A DNA stretch of 32,833 bases from Octopus sinensis. Taxonomy: Eukaryota. Where the stretch lies: the NCBI RefSeq assembly GCF_006345805.1, contig NW_021832772.1, positions 1 through 32,833 of the forward strand, written 5' to 3'. The notes beneath the pieces are model-generated. The model was not told where the DNA came from. It saw nothing but the letters and a program-made list of their open reading frames with translations, and did no database searches. The position numbers and the translations under genes were made by a program. This document shows, piece after piece, positions 22,039 to 32,833 of the stretch. Position 1 is the stretch's first letter; each line of letters begins with the position of its first letter.

Positions 22039-22616
22039 ATTTCTTTATTGTTCACAGGGTGTTAAACATAGAGGGGACAAACAAGGACAGACAAAGAGAT
22101 TGAGTCGATTAGATCGGCCCCAGTGCATAACTTGTACTTATTTAATCGACCCCGAAAGGATGAAAGGCAAAGTCAACCTCGGCAGAATTTGAACTCAGAA
22201 CGTAACGGCAGACGAAATACATATTTCTTTACTACCCACAAGGGGCTAAACACAGAGGAGAAAAACAAGGACAGACAAACGGATTAAATCGATTATATCG
22301 ACCCCAGTGCGTAACTGGTACTTATTTAATCGACCCCAAAAAGATGAAAGGCAAAGTCGACCTCGGCGGAATTTGAACTCAGAATGTAACGACAGACGAA
22401 ATACCTATTTCTTTACTACCCACAAGGGGCTAAACACAGAGAGGACAAACAAGGACAGACAAACGGATTAAGTCGATTACATCGACCCCAGTACTTATTT
22501 GATCGACCCCGAAAGGATGAAAGCCAAAGTCAACCTCGGCGGAATTTGAACTCAGAACGTAGCGGCAGACGAAATATTGCTACGCATTTCGCCCGGCGTG
22601 ATAACGTTTCTGCCAG
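22039..22616 (-). mobile_element. SINE family C trimer (about 184-bp tandem units)
   Basis: Unit ends at 22039, 22222, 22406; single head at about 22575-22616. Confidence 0.92.
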
Positions 22617-22832
22617 GCAACAAGGCGTCTCTGATACATATTTTAATTCCATAGAAGACTCGGTATTATTATTCAGTTACTTCTGACGTAGCTAAGCAGT
22701 TCTCATCAGTTTTTATCGAACCAACAATACACAGCGTTTCAGTCAGATTGAACGCTTATGAACATTCAGCTTTTATTACAACTGTGATCGTCCATTCTTT
22801 GTTGTCAAAACATTTATTTTCTCATCAACATA

Positions 22833-23156
22833 AGGTAAAGAGTAAAAAAACCCTTCGGTCATGAGTGACCATGATATTGCACCAAGAAAGTTCTCTTCCG
22901 GGGCACAAGTCAGGGCAAGGTAGTTTATGGAAAACCAGCAGTCGCCTATGCATACCAGCCTCTCCTCTCCACGCCACCGATGTTGTTTAAGGGAAAGGCA
23001 AAGTCCGATACGGCTTGCCACCAGTGACGTGAACTGGAGCAATGCGAAATAAAGTGTCTTGCTCAAGAACACAACACACATCCCGCCCCGGGAACCGAAC
23101 TCACTACCTCATGATTGTGAGCCCGACGCACTAACAACTGTGCTATGCACCTTCAT
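22833..23156 (-). mobile_element. tRNA-derived SINE with CORE/Meta-like body and 11-bp TSD
   Basis: Head TGAAGGTGCATAGCACAGTTGTTAG..GAGTTCGGTTCCC; body GTTGTGTTCTTGAGCAAGACACTT..TTGCTCCAGT shared with 8951-9211; TSD TCATCAACATA at 22822-22832 and 23157-23167. Confidence 0.88.
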
Positions 23157-23343
23157 TCATCAACATAGCTTCCCGATATAAAGGCATTCGAGAAATCTTT
23201 TTATGAATATTTAGTTGCTACACAGGGTACCCTTATCAACAAACAAGAAGTTCATTTGTGGTCGTTCTGCTAGAAAGAGCAACAAAATACCTCTTTTAAA
23301 TTATAACCTGCTATCACACTGGACATTGTAATTTTTAATACAC

Positions 23344-23717
23344 ATTCTCAACCAGCTTTGATGTTCTGACATCCCTCTCTCACCTCTCAACGTCGTGTTG
23401 GTAACCTAAAACCTTATAATGAATTACAAGACATTTTATTCTTTGTATGGATAATAATTATTGATGCAGGGGAATTACCGTTGGACATGGTATATTGCCG
23501 ACGTTAGCACGCCAGGCGAAATGCGTAGCTGTATTTCGTCTGCCGTTACGTTCTGAGTTCAAATTCCGCCGAGGTCGACTTTGCCTTTCATCCTTTCGGG
23601 GTCGATTAAATAAGTACCAGTTACGCACTGGGGTCGATATAATCAACTTAATCCGTTTGTCTATCCTTGTTTGTCCTCTTTGTGTTTATCTCCTTGTGGG
23701 TAGTAAAGAAATAGGTA
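23344..23717 (+). repeat. Dispersed direct duplication, copy 1 (partner 28364-28689), including a 5'-truncated SINE C
   Basis: About 155 bp of non-SINE sequence plus the SINE align to 28364-28689; SINE 23501-23713 has TSD GGTATATTGCCG at 23489-23500 and 23714-23725. Confidence 0.92.
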
Positions 23718-23900
23718 TATTGCCGCCATGTTTGGCGATGATAGACTCCAAAAGAAGATCCTTTTCTCGCTACTGGCAGATGCCTGTTGAAACATTGGTG
23801 GAACTAAATTGAGATTCTATGACACTGATAAGCGGAACCTCAAAGCTCTTTCTATTCCCACTGACAAGTGGTACGAGCAAACCGGTAATCATTCTCCCTG

Positions 23901-24134
23901 AAGGCGGCAAGCTGGCAGAAATGTTTGTACGCCGGGCGAAATGCGTAGCCGTATTTCGTCTGCCGTTACGTTCTGAGTTCAAATTCCGCCGAGGTTGACT
24001 TTGCCTTTCATCCTTTTGGGGTTGGTAAATTAAGTACCAGTTACGCACTGGGGTCGATGTAATCGACTTAATCCCTTTGTCTGTCCTTGTTTGTCCCCTC
24101 TATGTTTAACCCCTTGTGGGTAACAAAGAAACAA
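23901..24134 (+). mobile_element. SINE family C monomer with 16-bp TSD
   Basis: GTAATCATTCTC(C/T)CTG at 23885-23900 and 24135-24150. Confidence 0.93.
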
Positions 24135-25758
24135 GTAATCATTCTCTCTGGAGAAATTAGATTTATAAAGTCAGTCATAGTCAGTGACACTGGTTCGGAT
24201 ATCGAAGTTGTTCTCATGCCAAAAATATGTTCTGTTTATTCATATAAAAGAAATCATTTTAAAGTTATCACAAGCCAGTTTACTCCAAGATGGAAACCAG
24301 TCAATTTCTCATCATTTAAGGAACAACACTAGCAGAAAGTAATGTCATATTATTATTGGTCGTTTGTGTCACCATTTACCGATAAATAATTTTAAAATTT
24401 GTCAGAAATCTTCAGATCTGAAACCTCGTCTGTACGATAAGTTCTAGCTATGTGCATCTTGTGTCACATTTTCTTCCGTGTTAATTAAGTTTCACAAATT
24501 AGCAACTACTCAAAACTATTTATCTAAATATACTGACACGTTTAGCGTTAACGTTTAAAAGGATAGTGACGATAATTTAGGATGAAGAACATGTAGAAAA
24601 GGACGAAGAAGAGAGAGAAGTAGATTATACATTTACTTGAAGATAAAGGAAGTGTGAAAATTATGTTTTGTGTTTATTAAGTTAGAAGCAAGCAATGACA
24701 CGTCTACTATTATGTTCAATATCGTGGAAATCAACGTTAAAACTTTCTCTCTCTGTCTAAGATGGTATGATGGATGGCAAGATATCACATGATATCTATA
24801 AAATGCTCGTATAAATAAAATATTTTCTGCTGTAATTCTAATTAGTGTTCTGTTTTTATTTTCACTTCTTGAAAATTCTAAATAAATCAAGTTGGAACAA
24901 AATAGTAGCTGATTATTGTAAAAGTTGCAACTGGCCAGGTTGAATGGGTAAACTCACATACTTTCTGGAACAATCTATCTCGGTGTAAATAGAAATTCTA
25001 AGCAGCATATATTACTGTTTTCTTGTATACAGGGTCTATTCCAGAAGTTTTGAGACTTTCTCAGGTATGTCATTAATTTCCATTACAATACTCTAATCTA
25101 TTCCAAAGTAGAATCCTCTGACTCCAGTGTATTTGTAGCACTCTAGCCACTTTGTGAAGGCTTTATGAAAGTCTTCCGAAGTGAAGGTGTTCAGGGCTCA
25201 TGTTCAGGCCCCTCTCAATGTTTTTAAAACGACTACCCCTGAGGGTCTCCTTAAGGTTGGAGACCAACCAAAAATCACAGGGAACAAGATTTGTACTGTA
25301 GGGAGGGAGAGACAGGTTTGATGCCCGTCTGTGTTAAGTATTTGGTCACAAAAACAGAATTTTGGTCTGGTGCATTGTCCTAGTACAGGTGCCACCGACC
25401 CGAGTGGAAGAGCTCTGGCCTTTTGCGACAAAATCACTATCTTAACTTTCTCAAGACCTCCACAAAATGCCCTTTGCTGATCAGCTAGCGAGAAGGGACC
25501 CATTGGATGTAGCTGATCCTCTTGCAATCAAAAATTGAAATCATCATGAGCTTCCTGGTGGACTTGTTCTGCCTGGTCTTCTTGGGTCTGGGGGAACCAG
25601 GATGCTTCCGTTGGGCATTTTGTTTCTTGGTTTCTGGACCATAACAGTAGATCCAGCTATCGTTCATAAGTCACCAATGACTCAAGTACTCTTGGAATGG
25701 AACTAATGAGCTCAACCTTTTCCCCGCTGTCGACAACGTGACTTTCCCTCTGTTCATA

Positions 25759-25993
25759 ACTCTTTTACTTGTTTTAGTCAGTTGACTGTAGCCATGCTGG
25801 AGCACCGCCTTTTAGTTGAACAAATCGATCCCAGGACTTATTCTTTGTAAGCCTAGTACTTATTCTACCGGTCTCTTTTGCCGAACCGCTAAGTTACGGG
25901 GACGTAAACACACCGGCATCGGTTGTCAAGCGATGTTGGGGGGGACAAACACACACACACAAACATATAGACACACAGATACATACATAATAT

Positions 25994-26025
<32 letters not shown>

Positions 26026-26052
26026 ATATATGTATGTATGTATGTATATGTT

Positions 26053-26095
<43 letters not shown>

Positions 26096-26100
26096 ATGTT

Positions 26101-26139
<39 letters not shown>

Positions 26140-26144
26140 AGGTT

Positions 26145-26208
<64 letters not shown>

Positions 26209-26249
26209 GTATATGTTGTGTATATATATATATATAATATATATATAAT

Positions 26250-26293
<44 letters not shown>

Positions 26294-26303
26294 GTATATG
26301 TTG

Positions 26304-26338
<35 letters not shown>

Positions 26339-26435
26339 GTATATGTTTGTGTGTATATATAATATAATATGTATGTATATGTTTGTGTATATATATATAT
26401 TATTATATATATATGTATGTATGTATATGTTTGTG

Positions 26436-26471
<36 letters not shown>

Positions 26472-26478
26472 TATGTGT

Positions 26479-26523
<45 letters not shown>

Positions 26524-26534
26524 TTATGTTTGTG

Positions 26535-26569
<35 letters not shown>

Positions 26570-26577
26570 ATGTTTGT

Positions 26578-26620
<43 letters not shown>

Positions 26621-26857
26621 TATTATATATATGTATGTATGTATGTATATGTTGGTGTGTATATATATATATATATTATATTATATATATATGTAGGTAT
26701 GTAGTATGTAGTATATTGTTTGTATGTATATATATATATATATTATGTATGTATGTATATGTTTGTGTAATATATATATATGTATGTATGTATGTATATG
26801 TTTGTGTATATATATATAATATATATTATAATGTATGTATGTATGTATGTATATGTT

Positions 26858-26910
<53 letters not shown>

Positions 26911-27037
26911 TGTGGATGTATGTAGGTATATGTTTGTGTTAATATATATATATATATATGTATGTATGTATGTATATGTTTGTGTATATTATATATATAA
27001 TATATATATAATATGTAGTATGTATGTATATGTTGTG

Positions 27038-27070
<33 letters not shown>

Positions 27071-27191
27071 GTATGTATGTATGTATATGTTTGTGTATAT
27101 ATATATATATATGTATGTATGTATGTATATGTTTGTTATATATATATATATATATATAATATATATATATATATGTATGTATGTATATGTT

Positions 27192-27236
<45 letters not shown>

Positions 27237-27310
27237 ATGTTTGTGTATATATATATATATATATGTATGTATGTAAGTATATGTTTGTGTATATATATAT
27301 ATATATTGTA

Positions 27311-27348
<38 letters not shown>

Positions 27349-27401
27349 GTATATGTTTTGGTATATATAATATATATATATATATGTATATGTATTGTAT
27401 A

Positions 27402-27443
<42 letters not shown>

Positions 27444-27568
27444 GTATGTATGTATATTTTGTGTTATAATATATATTATATATATATGTATGTATGTATG
27501 TATATGTTTGTGTGTGTATATATATATATATATTATATATATATATATGTATGTATGTATATGTTGTG

Positions 27569-27614
<46 letters not shown>

Positions 27615-28039
27615 ATGTGTTGTGTATATATATATATATATGTATGTATGTATGATATGTGTGTGTATATATATCATTATATATATATATATATAGTAGG
27701 TATGTATGTATATGTTTTGTAGTATATATATATATAATGTATGTATGTATGTATATGTTTGTGTATATATATAATATATATATATATATATGTATATATG
27801 TATATATATATGTATGTATGTTGTGGTTGCTATATTTGTGTTGTGTGTGTGTGTGTCCCCCCAACATCGCTTGATAACCGATGCTGGTGTGTTTACGTCC
27901 CCGTAACTTAGCGGTTCGGGAAAAGAGAACGGTAGAATAAGTACTAGGCTTACAAAGAATAAGTCCTGGGATCGATTTGTTCAACTAAAAGGCGGTGCTC
28001 CAGCATGGCTACAGTCAACTGACTAAAACAAGTAAAAGA

Positions 28040-28073
<34 letters not shown>

Positions 28074-28235
28074 GACGGGCTAATTTCAGTTTCTGTCTAC
28101 CAAATCCACTCATAAGGCTTTTGTCAGACCGAGGCTATAGTAGATGACACTTGCCCAAGGTGCCACACAGTGTGACTGAACCTTGAACCATGTGGTTCGC
28201 AAGCAAGCTACTTACCACACAGCCACTCCTGCGCC
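25759..28235 (-). mobile_element. SINE family A inserted in the mariner ORF; linker holds a 1.9-kb satellite and an inverted second 3' half
   Basis: Head reverse complement at 28073-28235, tail reverse complement at 25759-25960, plus-strand tail at 27850-28040. Confidence 0.85.
25985..27850 (+). repeat. Higher-order satellite of (TA)n-TGTATGTATGTATATGTTTGTG units
   Basis: Dozens of variable-length units resembling the SINE A internal linker in plus orientation. Confidence 0.93.
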
Positions 28236-28363
28236 TGAGAAAACTTTGCACAAATTTTGCGCGTGTTCAGATATTTCTGAATAATTCTGTGTTCAGTTGC
28301 CATACCAACTCCAAACAGTACGCTTACTGCCATTATAGACACACGACGGTCAGCATCTAGAAA

Positions 28364-28689
28364 ATTCTCAACCAGCTTTGATATTCTGACATCCCTCTCC
28401 CACCTCTCAACATTGTGTTGGTAACTTAAAACCTTATAAATTACAAGACATTTTATTCTTTATATGAATAATAATTATTGACGCAGGGAAATCACCGTTG
28501 GACATGGTATAGTGCCGCTACGTTCTGAGTTCAAATTCCGCCGAGGTCGACTTTGCCTTTCATCCTTTCGGGGTCGATTAAATAAGTACCAGTTACGCAC
28601 TGGGGTCAATATAATCGACTTAATCCGTGTGTATGTCCTTGTTTGTCCACTCTGTGTTTAGCCCCTTGTGGGTAGTAAAGAAATAGGTA
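28364..28689 (+). repeat. Dispersed direct duplication, copy 2 (partner 23344-23717), including a truncated SINE C
   Basis: Aligns with copy 1; lacks the 45 bp between two TGCCG motifs at the SINE 5' end. Confidence 0.92.
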
Positions 28690-29119
28690 CTAGCAAACCT
28701 CACACCTCTCACAACTCTCATCGTCTCTTACCTCCTCTCTACCGTCCTCAAACCTCTTGTGCTAGCGAAAACCAGATTCTCGAATCATAAAAGTTGATCC
28801 ATAATCAGTCGGGAGCATCATCATGAGCTTCTTGAGCGTTTTGCCCAGTTTAACACAAGACTTTATTGCACAGCAAACTTCCAAATTGTCTTCGCGTCCC
28901 GACTGAACTCTGCAAGCTAGTCAGCTGTGACAAGCAGTGTTAGGTTGGATATGTTGAAAGTGTTGTTACTGTCACTTCCTTTAAACTGAAATATATAAAA
29001 AAAAAAGTTGGCAGTTCAGCTTATTAGCTGCAAACTAATGATATACTAAAATTACAATAATCTAGGAGTTATGACAGCTTCTCCTAAAAAAAAATGTCTC
29101 AAACCTTATATATATGTAA

Positions 29120-29349
29120 GCGCAGGCGTATCAATGCGGTAAGAAGTTTGCTTCCCAACCACATGGTTCCGGGTTCAGTCCCACTGTGTGGGACCTTGGG
29201 CAAGTATCTTCTGCTATAGCTTCAGGCTGACCAAAGTCTTGTGAGTGGATTTGATAGACGGAAACTGAGAGAAGCCCGTCGTATATATGTATATATGTAT
29301 GTGTGTGTGTGTGTGTGATGTATTTATGTATGTATATATATATATATAT

Positions 29350-29383
<34 letters not shown>

Positions 29384-29633
29384 GGTGTATGTGTGTGTGT
29401 GTGTGTGTGTGTGTATGCGTGTCTTTGTATCTGTGTTTGTTCTCAAACACTGCTTGACAACCGGTAATAGTCTCTTTACGAACCCCTCCCCGTAATGTGG
29501 TGGTTCGGCAAAAGAAGCCGATAGAACAAGTTCTAGGCTTTAAAAAAATATGCTGGGGTCGATTCATTCGATTAAAAATTCTTCAATGCAGTGCCCCAAC
29601 ATGACCGCAGTCTCATGACGGAAACAGGTAAAA
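29120..29633 (+). mobile_element. SINE family A, older diverged copy
   Basis: Head, TA/TG linker and tail are all alignable, with many substitutions. Confidence 0.87.
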
Positions 29634-29774
29634 TATAGAAGCCAAATGCAATTAAATCCTACCGTTTCCTGCCAATCCACGATTTCAGCATGGCCCTGAA
29701 ATCCTAAAACGAATGCAGTTTGGAGATAGATGGCTACCACTATTTATCGTGTGTATATATATATATATATATAC

Positions 29775-30125
29775 TCAATTTTGGGGGAGTGATCGATATG
29801 CGGGTATTCTATTTCAGATAATACAAAAGTAACCTAATGAATATTTCTGACAGTAAACTCATGGCATCAGTTTGCACATCATGAAATAACACTTAAAGGA
29901 TATAACCTAAATTTCCAGCTATGTATATAATGTACATCATTAATTATATCATACTTTAGTTAATACTTATATTTATTAAATATTTAATAAATATATATAT
30001 CCTTTAAGTATTATTTCGTGATGTGCAAACTGATACCATGAGTTTACTGTCAGATATACTCATTAGGTTATTTTTGTATTATCTGAAATAGAATACCCGC
30101 ATATCGATCAATCCCCCAAAATTGA
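29775..30125. repeat. Long inverted repeat: 130-bp arms (29775-29904, 29996-30125), 91-bp AT-rich spacer
   Basis: Arms are reverse complements with 7 mismatches counted by eye and no indels. Confidence 0.95.
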
Positions 30126-30272
30126 ATATTGACTTTTATTAGATACTTTGTACATTTATAGATAAATATATAAATATACGATAAACAAGTCCCCAAAGTA
30201 CGATGTATAGATGCATATAACGCTGTAAGGTTACACCTGATTGATTTGGAAATTTGTTTTCCCAAATTATAT

Positions 30273-30316
<44 letters not shown>

Positions 30317-30318
<2 letters not shown>

Positions 30319-30717
30319 CGCAGGAGTGGCTGTGTGGTAAGTAGCTTGCTTACCAACCGTTCGGGGTTCAGTCCCACTGCGTGGCACCTTGGGCAAGTGT
30401 CTTCTACTATAGCCTCGGGCCAACAAAAGCCTTGAGTGGATTTGGTAGCCGGAAACTGAAAGAAGCCCGTCGTACATATGTATATATACATATATGTGTA
30501 TGTGTGTGTATATGTTTGTGTCTATGTTTGCCCCCCCCAATCGCTTGACAACCAATGCTGGTGTGTTTACGTCCCTGTAACTTAGCGGTTCGGCAAAAAG
30601 AGACTGATAGAATGAGTACTAGGCTTACAAAGAATAAGTCCTGGGGTCGATTTGCTCGACTAAAGGCGGTGCTCCAGCATGGCCGCAGTCAAATGACTAA
30701 AACAAGTAAATGAGTAA

Positions 30718-30718
<1 letters not shown>
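30317..30718 (+). mobile_element. SINE family A, full length, in (TA)n
   Basis: Near-identical to the 2405 and 6896 copies; (TA)n on both flanks. Confidence 0.93.
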
Positions 30719-30756
<38 letters not shown>

Positions 30757-31180
30757 ACTGAGAAATAGATGAAAGCCCCACAATCTCATACCTCTCAACT
30801 TTAAATTAGTAACTTTGTACTAAAGCATGAAGAAATGAATACAAGTAGTAGCAAAGCTAGTCAAGTTAAATGACAATAAAGATAGTCAAGCGAGAAGAGA
30901 CTGTCGCTTTGTATTTCCAAGTTACGAATCAATTATTATAGAAGCTTCGTTTCATTAATTTAAAATACAGCCATGTACATCGTGAAAAGATTTCATTGTG
31001 TAACACCACCTGTGCCAACTAGAAAAGATAGAATAGAGTTATTAACTACCGTAAAGCCAAGGTATCTAGCATTTTAAAGAATTATCTGAGTCATAGCTCT
31101 ACAATTACCCGTGTCTCATTTGCGTTTGATTCCATCAATTCAGCCGTAATTGTCTTTTTTTTTGTATGGCTGGCTAGCTC

Positions 31181-31454
31181 TCTTTTATCTTTTACTTGTT
31201 TCAGTCATTAACCTGCGGTCATATAGGGGCACCGTCTTGAAGGGTTTGGCCGAAAAAGCCAACCCCAGTGATTATTTTTATGTACTGTGATTGACTTAGT
31301 ACTTCCATCGATCGCTTTTGCTGAACCGATAAGTTACGGGGATGTAAACAAACCAAGTTGTCAAGAGGTAAGTGGGGACAAACACAGACGCAAACACACA
31401 CACACACACAGAGGCTTCCATACAGTTTCGGTTTACCAAATTCACTCACAAGGC
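31181..31454 (-). mobile_element. SINE family A, diverged, 5'-truncated
   Basis: TCTTTTACTTGTTTCAGTCAT tail, AAGTTACGGGGATGTAAACA and CCAAATTCACTCACAAGGC blocks. Confidence 0.8.
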
Positions 31455-31826
31455 ACACCGCTGATTTGGTCTAGAACTTCTTATTTCTTTATTCGCTGCT
31501 AATGTCATACTGAGGCCGTTCCCCTATTCGACACTTGGGGTCACACTTGGGATCCCACTCGGGAAAATTTTTCATCTCAGGAAAAATTTGTCAAATCTAT
31601 CACCATAAAAATAAGGATTAATTTTTTTTTTAAATATCTGTAATTCTTAATAGGAGTGGCATGCCTCTTTCAAAGACTTCGTGTAAAGTATCAGGTTGTG
31701 GGGTTCACCCATATTAAGTTTAATCCATATTATTTAAAGAAAGTGCACGGATACATGTCACAACGGAATGAGTCAATTACGAATCAAACCTATAGTTTTG
31801 CATTCGTCTCTCTGTAAACTTAATAT

Positions 31827-32210
31827 GTGCAGGCGCAATGGCCCAGTGGTTAGGACAGCGGACTTGCGGTCGTAGGATCGCGGTTTCGATTCCCAGACCG
31901 GGCGTTGTGACTGTTTATTGAGCGAAAACACCTAAAGTTCCACGAGGCTCCTGCAGGGGATGGGTGGCATACCCTGCTGTACTCTTTCACCACAACTTTC
32001 TCTCACTCTTTTTTCCTGTTTCTGTTGTACCTGTATGTCAAAGGGCTAGCCTTGTCACACTCTGTGTTACGCTGAATCTACCCAAGAACTACTTTAAGGG
32101 TACACGTGTCTGTAGAGTGCTATTCCACTTACAAGTTAATTTCTCGAGCAGGTTGTTCCGTTGATTGGATCAACCGGAACCCTCGTCGTCATAACCGACG
32201 GAGTGCCACG
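31827..32210 (+). mobile_element. SINE family B (tail type 1)
   Basis: Colinear with 4435-4827; TSD AA(A/G)CTTAATAT at 31816-31826 and 32211-32221. Confidence 0.92.
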
Positions 32211-32237
32211 AAGCTTAATATAATAACCTAACATAAA

Positions 32238-32586
32238 GTGGCGAGCTGGCTGAATCGTTAGCACGCCGGGCGAAATGCTTAGCGGTATTTCGTCAGCCGT
32301 TACGTTTTGTGTTCAAATTCCGCCGAGATCAACTTTGCCTTTCATCCTTTCGGGGTCGATTAATTAAGTACTAGTTACGCACTGGGGTCGATATAATCGA
32401 CTTAATCCGTTTGTCTGTCCTTGTTCGTCCCCTCTGTTGGCGCAAGGTCAATATTTCCAGGGGACGGGATAAGTCGACTACATCGAAAGTCGACCTCGGC
32501 GTAATTTGAACTCAGAACGTAACGGCAGACAAAATACTGCTAAGCATTTCGCCCGGCGCGCTAACGTCTCTGCCAGCTCGCTGCCT
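32238..32586. mobile_element. Two SINE C copies tail-to-tail (plus 32238-32438, minus 32438-32586 with internal deletion)
   Basis: Family C heads at both outer ends in opposite orientation. Confidence 0.87.
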
Positions 32587-32780
32587 TAGAAGATCTACTA
32601 TATTAACATCACTTTTGTTTTGTTTTTTCTCTCTTCATTTTGTTTTTAAAAAAGAAAACGACTAAATTTGCATAACATCCAAAAAGTTTTTATAGTCATA
32701 AAGGATCACAGTACATTTTCTTTATTCATTTAATTAATTAGCAATCACTTAATATATTTGTTTCCTATTGTTTGCCTTGA

Positions 32781-32833
32781 TTTTTTTTTTTTTTTTACAG
32801 AGCCTATTTAGTGTTTAATGATTTGTATGATGT
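32781..32833 (+). other. Candidate splice acceptor and start of an exon running off the window
   Basis: T16-ACAG ending at 32800 after a pyrimidine-rich stretch; one downstream frame is open (phase 2: AYLVFNDLYD). Confidence 0.35.

Larger units (their letters stand above)
25030..29110 (-). mobile_element. Decayed mariner (Tc1/mariner) transposon, transposase in three pieces separated by later insertions
   Basis: Minus strand: 28907-28697 QSGREDNLE..AIKSCVKLGK..F.*HKRFEDGREEVRDDE; 28410-28238 RDVRISKLVENFLDADRRVSI..RKICAKF; 25758-25100 LESLVT..SWIYCYGPETKKQ..KHPGSPRPKKTRQNKS, then frameshifted DNA and YSPDL regions; TA-CAGGGTC..AAGTTTTGAGAC end at 25028-25056 with a partial mirror GTCTCAAACCTT near 29096-29106. 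Confidence 0.9.

Noticed and set aside
11823-24048. Recurring peptide WYLFNRPRKDERQSRPRRNLNSER suggesting a gene family
   Set aside because: It is the antisense translation of SINE family C copies.
25816-27984. Long Y/I/M/C/V/H-rich ORFs (up to 283 aa) here and at other TA/TG tracts
   Set aside because: Microsatellite read-through; open in many frames on both strands.

Overview
Eukaryotic, AT-rich, almost entirely repetitive non-coding DNA (intron or intergenic). The repeat families look like those of coleoid cephalopods (Octopus); this is my recognition, not a database result. No intact protein-coding gene, rRNA, true tRNA or CRISPR array is supported, and nearly all ORFs in the track are microsatellite or SINE read-throughs. 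Content: about 30 tRNA-derived SINE copies in three head families (my labels A, B, C) plus two CORE/Meta-like SINEs, many with clear target-site duplications (TSDs); decayed transposon coding remnants (Helitron Pif1 helicase, R4/Dong-like reverse transcriptase, mariner transposase in three pieces, probable Gypsy integrase, possible Penelope GIY-YIG); a Tc1/mariner MITE; a non-autonomous Helitron; three long inverted repeats; and many microsatellites. The most notable signal is a set of minimal type-I hammerhead ribozyme motifs (16457-16500, and an inverted pair at 4884-4923 and 5031-5070). Both sequence types carry the same compensatory U3-A8 core pair in place of C3-G8, and the pair lies in a Penelope-like inverted-repeat structure. 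All alignments and translations were done by eye.
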